This document shows, one piece after another, positions 28,322 through 38,925 of a stretch of 62,604 nucleotides of DNA. The stretch is from an uncultured virus (IMG/VR IMGVR_UViG_3300043108_000047) (lineage: Duplodnaviria > Heunggongvirae > Uroviricota > Caudoviricetes). The stretch's first letter is position 1. Each line of letters begins with the position of its first letter. The stretch covers positions 62,001 to 124,604 of IMG/VR virus record IMGVR_UViG_3300043108_000047; one strand, given 5' to 3'. Under the pieces are notes generated by a model, which did not search any database, was not told where the DNA came from, and saw only the letters and a program-made list of their open reading frames with translations. Both the position numbers and the translations under genes were made by a program.

Positions 28322-29007
28322 TATCCAGCTGTATATTGTTGATCGTTCGGCATATTAGAAGCTGCAAAACTTCTATAATATCTAATTTTCTTCTCGGTTA
28401 CTCTTTTTTTAATTTCATTATTTATAAATGTTAAATTATTATCCTAATAATCATTACAACATTCATATTTATCTAATTGTCGCAAATCTTTGAAAATAGC
28501 AGCAATAGACACTGTTTTTAACAAAGGAGCATTATATACGAAACAATCATACATACCATTTTCATTAGGAGTAGTATCAATCCATACATAGGGTTTATCT
28601 TTTCCCCTTTTCTTATATTTATGGTATCTAAAAGCAGTAGAAGAAGTATAATAAATGAAAGGCAGCTATCTATCGCTGGATCCTATATAATCTATTGATT
28701 GTAATCCATAATCATTTAAGAGTTGTGGTATTTCAAAATGAGCTGTAGGAGTTAAATCTGCATTGTTATTACATCTACACCTTTCAATATCTTTACAATC
28801 TACAGGAATGCAATTAATGGATATATAAAGATCCCTAACAGGTAATAATCCTTTTAAAGAATATTCTTTGATAACCTAAAGACGTTCATCAATAATATCA
28901 TCAGCTAGCTGTTCATCTGACATTGAAAGATTAGTATGATAACCTCTTAATCCTGATACTACATCATTCCTAATGGCAGAAACTAATTTGTCAATTTGAG
29001 TATACAT
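28321..29007 (-). CDS. Putative tail ring protein (~228 aa)
   Basis: MYTQIDKLVSAIRNDVVSGLRGY... with three in-frame TAGs; TAA at 28321. Absent from the ORF track. Confidence 0.75.
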
Positions 29008-29018
29008 AATTAAAATAA

Positions 29019-29047
29019 TAAAGGCGAAGGCTACTCGCCCTCGCCTT
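29019..29047 (-). terminator. Probable intrinsic terminator
   Basis: GC-rich hairpin AAGGCGA(A)GG...CCTCGCCTT after the 320-aa gene, followed by a T-rich tail. Confidence 0.6.
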
Positions 29048-29098
29048 CTTTGTATATTAGATATTTGTTAATAAATCAGTTAATTAAAAACTTGTTGC

Positions 29099-30061
29099 TT
29101 ATTCAGCTTCGTCAGAGCTTACACTCTCAACACTCTCAACAGCCTCAGCAGGAACTGTCTCAACACCAGCGGTAGGAGCAATTGCAGCTAATCCCTTTTC
29201 AAAGTCGTCAGCAACATCTTGATTAACAAAGAATACATGAGTAGTAAGTGATTTAGTTACCTCACCAACAGCATCGCCGCCCATAATGCCGCGATTTACA
29301 CAATAGCGAATAACATATTCGTTATATTTAGCACCAATAACAGGAGCTTCATCTGCGGTAATAGCAGTCCAAGAAGTCTTAGTTGCGGTCGGCAAACGAA
29401 GATTCTTGAGAATCCATTGGTAAGTACCAAAGCCTTCCTCACCTTGTTCAACAGTGAAGTTTGCATCATAATCCTCGCTATCCTTTAAACTTTCGGGAAG
29501 TGCGGATTTAACAACTTCATACTTGCCGTACAAAGGAGAATCGTCCTTTACATACTCTTCAATATCAACTTTAACAAAACGTTGGTATTCATCGGTACCA
29601 GTAATAATAATCTTAGTACCTTCAACAGTTACGTTTACAAGAGATTTCTCATAAACAGTAAGCATAAATTTCTTTACAATCTCTTTTACTTTTGAAGCTA
29701 CTTTTGCAGCGGTTTCGCCCTTCTTCCATACAAATTCTACATACAAAGGTTTACCCTTAAATACGAGATCATTTGCATAATAAGAATTAGCAGAAGTTTG
29801 TGCTAACTTAATATACATTGAAATACGGAAGTTACCCTCAGTCTTGCCAAGAGCTGAGAGGTCTAAAGTAGCCTTCGCAATCTTAGGATCAGAATATTCT
29901 GCCTTAGTAATACTCAATACATTATCTTTCTTAAAGTTAAGATGACGCTTGATATTAAAACTGGTAGAACCATCTTTTTCCTGAATTCCCCAAAGGGGAG
30001 TAAGACCAGTAGTATAGTCTTGATTTGCGTTAATTACGGTAGTGGTTGTAAATTGAAACAT
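29099..30061 (-). CDS. Abundant structural protein (320 aa), candidate auxiliary capsid protein
   Basis: Intact ORF with no TAG, near the MCP, followed by a terminator. The function is inferred. Confidence 0.75.
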   Translation of the reverse strand: MFQFTTTTVINANQDYTTGLTPLWGIQEKDGSTSFNIKRHLNFKKDNVLSITKAEYSDPKIAKATLDLSALGKTEGNFRISMYIKLAQTSANSYYANDLVFKGKPLYVEFVWKKGETAAKVASKVKEIVKKFMLTVYEKSLVNVTVEGTKIIITGTDEYQRFVKVDIEEYVKDDSPLYGKYEVVKSALPESLKDSEDYDANFTVEQGEEGFGTYQWILKNLRLPTATKTSWTAITADEAPVIGAKYNEYVIRYCVNRGIMGGDAVGEVTKSLTTHVFFVNQDVADDFEKGLAAIAPTAGVETVPAEAVESVESVSSDEAE

Positions 30062-30073
30062 AATTAAAATTTA

Positions 30074-31072
30074 TTAAGCCTAACTTCTAGTAGCTGTAGA
30101 AGTAGGAGTTTGAGTCTATTGCTGAACTGGATTTGCAATAGATGTTGTAACTATAGGATGTGACTATAATCTTGGATCGGCTGTATTTTCCATCACAAGA
30201 TGCACCAGTTCATTTATAATCTCTTGGCATACATAATCTGGAAACTCCATTATTTGTGAAGTATCCTCAGTAAGATCTACTTGTTCTTGAGTAAGTCTAA
30301 TTGTCTATGGGGCTTTAATATAATCAATAAATACCTTTTTCAACTCAAATACAGAATCGTCACGACCGTATCTAATTTCACATCTAACTTTAGATGGATT
30401 AGCGTATCTGAGTCCTGGAACTTTTTCTATTAAAGTAGTTGTAAGCTCTTCATTTCCTACCTTTAAATTAATAGTTTTTGGATACTCCCCATGCGATTGA
30501 TACCCAGTACTAGTTTCTTGTCCAGTCCATACTTGATCGGTAGATCCAGCAATTTCGTCCGAAATTATATTAGTAGGCAAATCCGTTTGTTGATTTACAT
30601 TATGTATATAATAGTAAGGACGTTCCGGAAGAGGTCTGTTATAATAATCATTAACAACAATAGACCAAGCATCAGCAGTTAAACGCTTAGCAGGAAATTC
30701 TACATAATTATCTTTATCGTAGCATTTGTAATTTTTTGCCAAATGATATATACATACGCAATTTAACATATGTAAATAATCATCGGGCAAAACAATTTCA
30801 TAAGTAGCTCCAAATAATTTAGATTTTCCTGCTGTGTATTGTGTTGCCGCGTCATACTTGGTTGTTTTAGTAGGCTCTAATATTGCAGTAGCTTTAAGTA
30901 CTCTTAGATCATCTGTGGTCTACTAATTAACATCATAAATATTATAACGTCTATTTATATATTGATTAACCGCCTTGTTGAAAAAATAATTAAAGTCTTG
31001 GAGAAGCATGCTTGGAGCATTTACTTTACTTAGTTCAGTAAGTAAGCCTTCCCATATTTGTCTAGCAGTCAA
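30074..31072 (-). CDS. Conserved crAss-like structural protein (~332 aa), ring/adaptor candidate
   Basis: TTG start MTARQIWEGLL...YDVN(TAG)(TAG)TTDDLRVLK. Includes ORF 30305. Confidence 0.75.
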
Positions 31073-31101
31073 AACTTTATAATTTTAAAAGATAGTATGG
31101 C

Positions 31102-31959
31102 TTAATCTTCTGTAGGCACCAAATCGGGGAAAGTATCCTGTTGAAGAAGGTCTACAAACTTCTTATTACTTGGATTCTTCATCCATTCAAGAACTGCTTC
31201 TTCTGTACCTCCCATAGGACGTGTTCCATAAATATATACTTTATTCTTAATAGTAACAACACCCTTATCGCGAGCCTCTACTAAAAGCAAACGTAAATCT
31301 TGATCGTCTGCTTCATATAATTTAATAATTCTTTCAGGATCTTTTTCTGCAACAGTAAGTAAGTAATCCTCTACATCAGTAGATGGCATATTAGTCATAT
31401 GTTTACCTAACAATTTAGCCTTCAATAGACGTCCTTCAGCACCCTTATCGTCGCCAATAATATAATTACAAGCCTTGATAACTTTTTGCTTTCTTGTAAC
31501 TCGTTTCTGAGTTTCCAATCCAGGTCTATCTATGTACAATTCTGCGGTACCATATCTACGATGTTTCACTTCTTTACGATCCATAGTTCCATGAATCATA
31601 TATGTACCATCTGCATTTTTTGCATTAAGTTCTGGAGCAATCAAAGGACAATTCTAAATAGCTTCCCATTTAGCACTATCTTCTGGATTTTTTAAATCAA
31701 ATACTTCTCCATCTGTTATTACAAAAGTAGTAGTTACAGGGAAAAACACTTTCTATTTAGAAGCATAGAGATTTCTTTCAGCGTCACTAAGTATCATATC
31801 TCCATGAGAGTCTACTTGCTTAACGCATTCGGGATACCGTCCTATCTTATCTTTACAAGGTTGAATAAAGTATTTCATTCCCACTTTTCCATATACACTT
31901 CTAAGAACTATTTTATTATCAAAAATTAAGTCTGCTTGAGTAGTTTCTTTCTTAGCCAT
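31102..31959 (-). CDS. Conserved protein directly downstream of the MCP (285 aa)
   Basis: ORFs 31753 and 31102 are joined through two TAGs. Confidence 0.8.
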
Positions 31960-31983
31960 ATTATTTCATATTGTCATAAAAAT

Positions 31984-32012
31984 TAGACAGAGGGAATATA
32001 ACCCTCTGTCTG
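31984..32012 (-). terminator. Intrinsic terminator after the MCP
   Basis: Stem AGACAGAGGG / CCCTCTGTCT, followed by AATTTTT on the minus strand. Confidence 0.75.
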
Positions 32013-32042
32013 ATCTAATTTTCTTATTTTATTTTATTTATC

Positions 32043-35000
32043 TTATGCTTGTCTAAGGATAAAGCTTCTGTATGGTGCAAAGACGCCAAGTCCAGCATAT
32101 CCTAACATGATTAATTTACTTCCAGCAACAGGTGAGCTAACAATACCTGATTCTGTGCCGCTTAACCCTCCAACCAAATAAGCGGATTTGTTGTTAATAC
32201 TTCTTATTATTACTAATAAGATCAGACTATATCTTTAACTTATATATTTAAATGTATATCCTTTGCAATGTTTTGCAATTCCTTTTAAAACTTTAGAAAC
32301 ATTTCCAAAATCTTTTCTACATTCTCTAACAGTATTGTATATTTTAACTAATTTTCCATCTAGAGTATATTGTCCTACTTTCTTACTCTCAGATGATAAT
32401 TTTTGCAAAGGTTTTAATGCCTCTACTTTTTCTCTAGACCACTGAAATCCTTTACACTGTCCACCCATTCTAATAGCAGCATTAATTCCATCCATTCTAC
32501 ACCCAAATTCTTTTTCAACTTCTTTAATGCTAGCAAAAGACTTTATAAATATTCCATCTAAAGAATACTGATGTACAGGAGCATTTCTCAATCTAGTGTT
32601 TTTAGCCTGTGAAAAAGTAGCTTTTAATTCTAAAGAAAAATAGTGTTCTTTAGTTCTATATCCACCTTTTAAAGATCTTTGAATATTTGATAAATGTACG
32701 TTTAATGCTTTTGCAGCAGCGCTTATAGAATCATAGCAGCATTCAAATTCTCCAAAACAATTATATTGATATACGGGTTTTTTAGGTGCGTATATGTTAA
32801 AATTAGCTAAATTTAACTAATCAACTTGGTAATCTGCCCATAAATAATTAGCACTAGTATGACAATGTAATACTGCATTACCAATAGCTGAAGAATTTAT
32901 ATTAAAATTTATGGCTGCTTCTGTTATAGAATTCCACTATTTAATAAATTTACCCTCTAACGAATATTGATAAATTATTTTATTTAATATTGGTGGATAA
33001 CCTCCTCCAACAGTAACATTATATACATCAGATCTTTTTATAAAATCTTCGTTTACAATAGATTCTTCTAAATCTAAAGCGTCCTATAAAACGTCAAATA
33101 TTTGAATAGTACTTCTTTTAAAAGCATTAAACCCATATTTTTTAAGTGCGTATTGAAACGGAGTTTTTGGATGGTTAATTGAGCTAGAATCATGAATATT
33201 TACCCCACATCCTAAGTAACCATCAAATATTTCAGGATTTTCTGTTTGGTGTACTCCAACATATATTTTGTTGTTAAGTACGTTAGTTGTTAAATATACA
33301 ATATATTTCATAATTTAAATATTAAGTTATTTCCCATTTCCATTAATAAATAATGTACGTCCATCCGGACTAGTCGTTGAACTTTACATAGAGAGTGCTT
33401 AAAGCCTTTCATATTCTATGTATTAGCTGCTGATTGTCCTTATATAAGGAGTTTCCAGCAATTAGAGAAATTGTTTTCTGCAATTTTTATGCAGCCAGGC
33501 ACTGAAGGAATTTACCTGGATATTTGGAAGTAAGTACATCGCAACCTTTCAATGAGAACATAGCAATAGCAGGTTTTCCAGTTGTAAGATCTGCAGAAAG
33601 ATCCAAACATAAACCATAACCCTTATCACCATACTCACGAGTAAAGGTTCTATCCACTGAGAATGAAATAGAATTACCTGCGAACTCATAAGTAGAATAA
33701 GTAGCACCAACCTTTACATAATCGTTAGCTGCTTTAGAATACATATAGCAACCATCGGTTTTGTAATCAGCAAGATACTTACCAAGGGTATATTGAATGT
33801 CGTTCCACAGCTTCTCATTAACAATAAAATGATAATGATTACCTGTTGCCTTTTCAGCTTTCTCATTCATAGTTTGCATAATAGTATGGAAGATTTCTAC
33901 AGTAGGCTTGTCATTATAAACATACTTAGAAGCAAAACGCTCTACCTACGGAATCAATCCATCGCCTATATAAATAGGTCTGCCTGTATCCATGTTAACT
34001 GTATATTACTATACAGATCAGACTATATCATTAATTTATTCTATATATTTAAATATGTATCCACCAGATGTTTTATATTTGCCACTAAGAACTTGGCGAC
34101 ATCCGGGGAAATCTTTTCTACATTTAGTTACAGTATCATATATTTTAATTAAATTACCTTCTAAATCATACTGTCCTACTTTTCTAGCTTCGCTTTTTAT
34201 TTTAACCGAGTCTATTTTATCAAATTTTTCTAATTTCCATTGAAATCCAGCAAATATTCTGTCTAATTTAATAGCATTAGATAAACCGTGTTTATTTAAT
34301 TCTTTCTAAGCTATTAAATATGAATCATATTCTTTTATAAATTCGCCAGATAGAGAATACTAATATACTTTTCTATTTTTAATAGACTCCGTTTTTGCAT
34401 AAGAAAAATTTGAATTAAATTCATAAGAAAAATATTTATTGTTACATTTATAGCCGAGCTTACAACTTCTTGAAATATTTGTAGACGAACAATTATTTAC
34501 TCTAGCTGCATCACTTATAGATTCATAACAACAGTCATATTCTCCAGTTTCTGAATATTGAAAAACAGGAATTCGATTATCAGTTGTTTTATATTCTGAT
34601 AAATCTAGATGTTCTACTTTTATTAATGACCAATAACTATTTGCAGATTTTATTTTTTCTTTAATTGCTCTTTTAATAGTAGTATACCCTCGATTAATAT
34701 AATTAGAGGCGGCCTACTAAGATTTAAATTCTCGCAAATAATTCCCATTAAGATCATATTGATAACAAGGAATAGATAAATTTGCTAAATCTCCACCTAA
34801 TCCTCCTATTACCTAATTATATACATCTTTCCTTTTTAAAAAAGTAGGATTAACTAGTTCTGATTCTAAAAAAAAGGCATCTTCAGAATTATCATATTCT
34901 TTTATTGTTATCCTTTTAAAATTAGAAGGCCCATATTTCTAAACTGCATATTGAAATGCTGTTTTTGGTTTATTATAAGTACTGGGCCTAGATTCATAAA

Positions 35001-36140
35001 CTCCACATCCTAAATAACCGTCGAATTTTTCAGATTTACATAAATGTACTCCAATATAAATTTTCTTATTAACTAAATTTGTAGTACAATATACTATATA
35101 TTTCATATTTAAATATTTTAACATTTTAAAATAAATTATCTACCATTTCCACTTTGAATAGTGTACGCCTTGCGGCTAGTCGTTGAACCTTATTACATGC
35201 TATCTAAAAGACCTGCTTATATGTAATATTGGCTGCTGATTGTCCTCATACCTAAGGAGTTCCCAGCAATTAAGTAGATTTTACTTAGTAGGCTATGTTA
35301 ACCTACTTGATCCCAATACAGGAGTTTAGGATCACATACAGTTGCTTTTCCGTTTACATCGATGTTAGTCTTGTTAAATAAGAGGCCTTGATTTCTTGAA
35401 ATCATGAAGTTCTCAAGTAATTCTTTCTCCTTCTTATTCATTTTGTAAATAGTCTCGCTCAGACAACCCTGATTCTTACCCTCAGCAATGCTAATAAATG
35501 TATCCTCATGAGCAGCATACAAAGAAGACCAAGAAATATCATTACGGAAAGTAGTAATGAAGTTTCTGTGCTTTTCAATATTGCTTTGACTCTTAGTATA
35601 ACCCTCTTCAGACAATTCTGGCATAGCATTTGACTGGAATCGAGTAGTATCACCTACTTGACAACCGCTAAGGTCAAGTTCGGTAGAATAGTCATTATCA
35701 ATAAGACGAACAGTAACTTCCCAATAATCATCACGCTTGCGAACCGGACGACTTACTACGATACACTATTGCATAGTCTTATCAATTTTGAAAATATCAT
35801 ACTTCTCATAGTAACGCTCTTTAAAAGCCATTACAATTTCACCTCCGTTTTCGCCTGTCTCAGACGGTACATCAGCGAATTCAATTCTCTTAATAAAGTT
35901 GGTTTCTACTTCCCACTCAAACATCATGGAATCTACAGATTGGAACTTATTAGCTCCCTTTACATCATTGTAGAAAACATTCTTAAGAGATTCAGTCAAA
36001 TAAGTGGCGGTGTTCTCAGGATATAATCTTGAAACTACTCCCAACTTATGAGGACGAGCACCTAAAAATTTATAAAAATCCTCATAAGTTCTAGTTTCAG
36101 ACATTGTAGGTCTGTTAGTAACGAAATTTGCAACTATCAT
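32043..36140 (-). CDS. Major capsid protein (~473 aa spliced); exons 36140-35328, 33990-33514 and 32174-32043
   Basis: All three exon lengths are multiples of 3. The joins read ...TVCDP|DTGRPIYIGDGLIP(Q)... and ...SKYPG|VGGLSG.... Size, position and motifs fit a crAss-type HK97-fold MCP. Confidence 0.88.
32175..33513 (-). mobile_element. Group I intron (second MCP intron, 1339 nt)
   Basis: The exon ends CCAGGU and pairs with intronic GCCUGG (U-G at the splice site). Core elements AAUUGCUGGAAAC, AAUCAGCAGC, CAACGACUAG and AGAUAUAGUCUG. Terminal G. Confidence 0.9.
32235..33311 (-). CDS. Intron-encoded GIY-YIG homing endonuclease with NUMOD1-like repeats (~358 aa)
   Basis: YIVYLTTNVLNNKIYVGVH...GYLGCG plus repeated VxQYxLxGxFIK motifs. 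ORFs 33084 and 32235 join through TAG. Confidence 0.88.
33991..35327 (-). mobile_element. Group I intron (first MCP intron, 1337 nt)
   Basis: The exon end UGAUCCU pairs with intronic GGGAUCA. Core elements AAUUGCUGGGAAC, AAUCAGCAGC, CAACGACUAG and GAUAUAGUCUG. Terminal G. Confidence 0.9.
34036..35106 (-). CDS. Intron-encoded GIY-YIG homing endonuclease with NUMOD1-like repeats (~356 aa)
   Basis: MKYIVYCTTNLVNKKIYIGVH...GYLGCG. The frame is open through TAGs to TAA at 34036. Paralogue of 32235..33311. Confidence 0.88.
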
Positions 36141-36158
36141 ATTTTCTAAATATTATTA

Positions 36159-37211
36159 TTAATCCAAATCGTCGATACTTAAATGATTTGAATTAGTATT
36201 TGTTTTTGGTCTAAATGCGGTGACCGGTTTTTTATTATTATCTTTAACTTTACCAGCCCGTGCATCTGAGACGCCTTGATTATAGCTTGTTTTTCGTATT
36301 GTACTAACTTGTGATTTGACATATTCAGAAATGTCATCTAGCATTTCTTCACCATGCAATGCAAACCATGCCATCTTTACTAGAGTGGCAGGATCATTCA
36401 TAGCTTTGCCCAAAATACTAGTTCCTGCTTCGTCAAATCCAGTAATGAAGTCATATAATTCTTCTTTATCTTCATTATCCATGTCAAGTTCAAAACCATG
36501 AAATTCTTTAAAATCTATAATCTAGTCTCGTATTGCATTTGCGAACTGATTAAATTGCTCTTGTTTTTCTTGTTCCTGCATATACTATGCATACTGTCTA
36601 TTCTAATCTTCAATGTTCTTATATTCGTTACGAAGAGCTGCTACTTGTTTCTTAAACAAAGATTCATTAGATTTGGCTTTATCTAATGCTTCCTGAACTT
36701 CTTCGTCTGTAATATTATCCTTCCCCATCCTAGTAATCAGATCTGTTGCAAACAATTCTTCATCACTGTATTGGTCAATCTCATAAGTCTATTCTGCTCC
36801 TGCTAAATTCTGAGCATACTGATCTGCGCCCCGTTGTGCAACATAATTTAAGTATTCCGCAGGGGACATTCTACTGCTTCTGATAGAATTAATTAATTGT
36901 ATTTCAGAATCATCTAAACCAGTGTCATTCGTAGAATCAAGATTATTTAGAATAGATAGTTTTTCTGAAGAGTCCAAAGTGTCCCAATCAACCTCTTCAT
37001 AATTACCATCATCTCCTTCATACTTGATCTTTGAAATATCTTCAATTCCTTTTGACTTCAGATATTCTGAAAGAATTCCTCTATCATCTTGAGGTTCCTC
37101 AGGCTCCTAATAAGAAGAAGAATCTTCTTGAGGTTCCTCTGTATCTTGTTGTTGAGTTGTGGTCAAATCGTCGTCCTCATCATAATCCAAATCATTAATC
37201 CCTATTGCCAT
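36159..37211 (-). CDS. Acidic protein upstream of the MCP (~350 aa), scaffold-like
   Basis: MAIGINDLDYDEDDD... joins ORFs 36789 and 36159. Acidic N-terminus, coiled coil, and position next to the MCP. Confidence 0.8.
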
Positions 37212-37226
37212 AATTTAATTCATTTT

Positions 37227-37430
37227 TTAAACATTTATTTTTCCATCTTTTATTAGGTCAATAAATTTATTTCCCCACTATATTTTAACCTATCCTCTAG
37301 TCTTAAGTAGTAAATCCGAAGATGAACTGCCTATTGTAGTATAAGATCTGCCAAACATCTTTGAAGAATTTGACTCTAATTCTTTTACACGTTTTTCTAA
37401 CGCTTCTATTTTTTGTAATAACTCATCCAT
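37227..37430 (-). CDS. Small hypothetical protein (67 aa)
   Basis: MDELLQKIEALEKRVKELE...KTRG(Q)VKI(Q)WGNKFIDLIKDGK fills the gap between its neighbours. Confidence 0.7.
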
Positions 37431-38041
37431 TATTTAATATTTTTATATTCAGTATAAGCATCAAAGGACGGACAAGCTTTATTAGCAAACTCTTTATGCC
37501 CATGTATAGTAGCTTTTGGGTATTTAGCTTTAAGTTGTGTAAGTAAAGTAACTAAAGATTCCTTCTGTTCAGAAGTTCTAGTATCTTTTGCTGTTTTACC
37601 ATCACTAGCCAAACCTCCAACATAACATACTCCTATTGAATTACTGTTATGTCCAGTACAATGTGCACCAATTTTGCTTTCAGCTCGCCCAATATTAACT
37701 GAACCATCTCGATATATTACATAATGGTATCCTATATCATTAAATCCTCTAGCTAAATGCCAAGCTCTTATCTATGATATAGTATAATCTTTTCCTTCTG
37801 GAGTAGCAGTACAATGCACTATAATTTCAGTAATATTTCTAGGATTAGGATCACTAACATTAGTTAAAGCATTCCAAGTTTCTAGCCCTACAATACCATC
37901 TACTGTAAGTCCTTTACTTTTTTGGAAAGCTTTAACTGCCTCTTCAGTTACCTATCCGAATATACCATCTACAATGCAATTAAGTTTCTTTTGTATAACC
38001 TTTACTTCTTCTCCTTTACTTCCAAGTTTAATATTGGTCAT
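37430..38041 (-). CDS. Endolysin: peptidoglycan-binding domain plus N-acetylmuramoyl-L-alanine amidase (Amidase_2, T7-lysozyme-like), 203 aa
   Basis: VDGIFG(Q)VTEEAVKAFQ...VDGIVG, followed by IIVHCTAT, DIGYHYVI, GAHCTGHN and HGHKEFANKACPSFD. Confidence 0.92.
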
Positions 38042-38089
38042 TTTCTTAAGATTTGTAATATTCGTTTTCTATCTTAATTTCTCTTTGGG

Positions 38090-38097
38090 CAAATATA
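38090..38097 (-). promoter_or_regulatory. Possible Bacteroidetes -7 promoter element upstream of the endolysin
   Basis: TTTTATATATATTTG, the same 15-mer as at 14887-14901. Confidence 0.55.
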
Positions 38098-38100
38098 TAT

Positions 38101-38137
38101 AAAAAGTGCCGGAAATAAAAATAAATTTCCAGCACTT
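38101..38137 (-). terminator. Probable intrinsic terminator
   Basis: Inverted repeat AAGTGCCGGAAAT / ATTTCCAGCACTT with T-tracts. Confidence 0.6.
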
Positions 38138-38150
38138 AAAAAACAATAAT

Positions 38151-38525
38151 TTAAATCATATCTTCCCATTCTATTGGAATTCCTAGTTTAGCCATATCTG
38201 CATACCACCTATTAAATATAAGATGTCCCTACTTTTCAAACATATCCTATAAAAAGAATATAAAATGTTTTTCGTCAGAAATACTTGAATTATATAATAT
38301 AGAATCGCACCAATTTGCTACATATACAGCATCGTATAATTTGGCATTTGGAATTGCTGCACTATGATTCTTTAAAAGTTCATCTATCTTTTCTTTAGTA
38401 TATGTATGTTTATTCAAATGGGAACAAGCAAATTCACATAATTTTTTGTTAAAATGTTCTCCGTAATATCTTAGATAATTTATAAATCCCTCCGGTTTAA
38501 TATCATATTTAGTAAAATCCTCCAT
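38151..38525 (-). CDS. Hypothetical protein (124 aa)
   Basis: MEDFTKYDIKPEGFINYLRYYGEHFNKKLCEFA...FNRWYADMAKLGIPIEWEDMI, read through two TAGs. Confidence 0.8.
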
Positions 38526-38540
38526 AGTTGCAATTAAACT

Positions 38541-38574
38541 AAAAATGGGTGACAACATACTTGTCGCCACCCAT
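38541..38574 (-). terminator. Possible terminator hairpin
   Basis: Bulged stem ATGGGT-GACAA / TTGTC-ACCCAT with a T-tract. Confidence 0.5.
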
Positions 38575-38581
38575 AATTTAA

Positions 38582-38761
38582 TTAATAAACATATCTCCCT
38601 CTTCTTGCTCTTGTAATCTCTTCTTCGGCACCATCTTCATCATACACTTCAGAACTACCTGCAAGTTTTTTAATTAGTTTGCAAGCAAGCATTTTTATTC
38701 TATATAAGTGCTCTATGGTATCTTCGTATTGATCCTCTTTAACTTCAATAAAACCTTTCAT
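38582..38761 (-). CDS. Small hypothetical protein (59 aa)
   Basis: MKGFIEVKEDQYEDT...RARRGRYVY, ATG to TAA, fills the gap between its neighbours. Confidence 0.65.
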   Translation of the reverse strand: MKGFIEVKEDQYEDTIEHLYRIKMLACKLIKKLAGSSEVYDEDGAEEEITRARRGRYVY

Positions 38762-38769
38762 AATAACAA

Positions 38770-38915
38770 TTATTTATCTTTTTCTTTAGATAGAATAGAT
38801 ATTAATGTGTCCATTTTATTTTCTAGACCTCCTATCTTATTCTTTAGATTACTAATATCTTCGTCACGTTCTTTTTCTTTGGCAAATCTGGAGTTTATTT
38901 TCTTGCTTCCTGCTT
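38770..38915 (-). pseudogene. Start-less 3' remnant of a coiled-coil gene
   Basis: Reads ...INSRFAKEKERDEDISNLKNKIGGLENKMDTLISILSKEKDK* with no in-frame start upstream of the FAKEKERD stretch. Abuts the end of the TAG-free block. Confidence 0.55.
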
Positions 38916-38925
38916 CATAGTGATG

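Noticed and set aside
38526..38570. Track start MATSMLSPIFSL for ORF 38247..38570
   Set aside because: It overlaps a terminator-like hairpin; the ATG at 38525 is more plausible.
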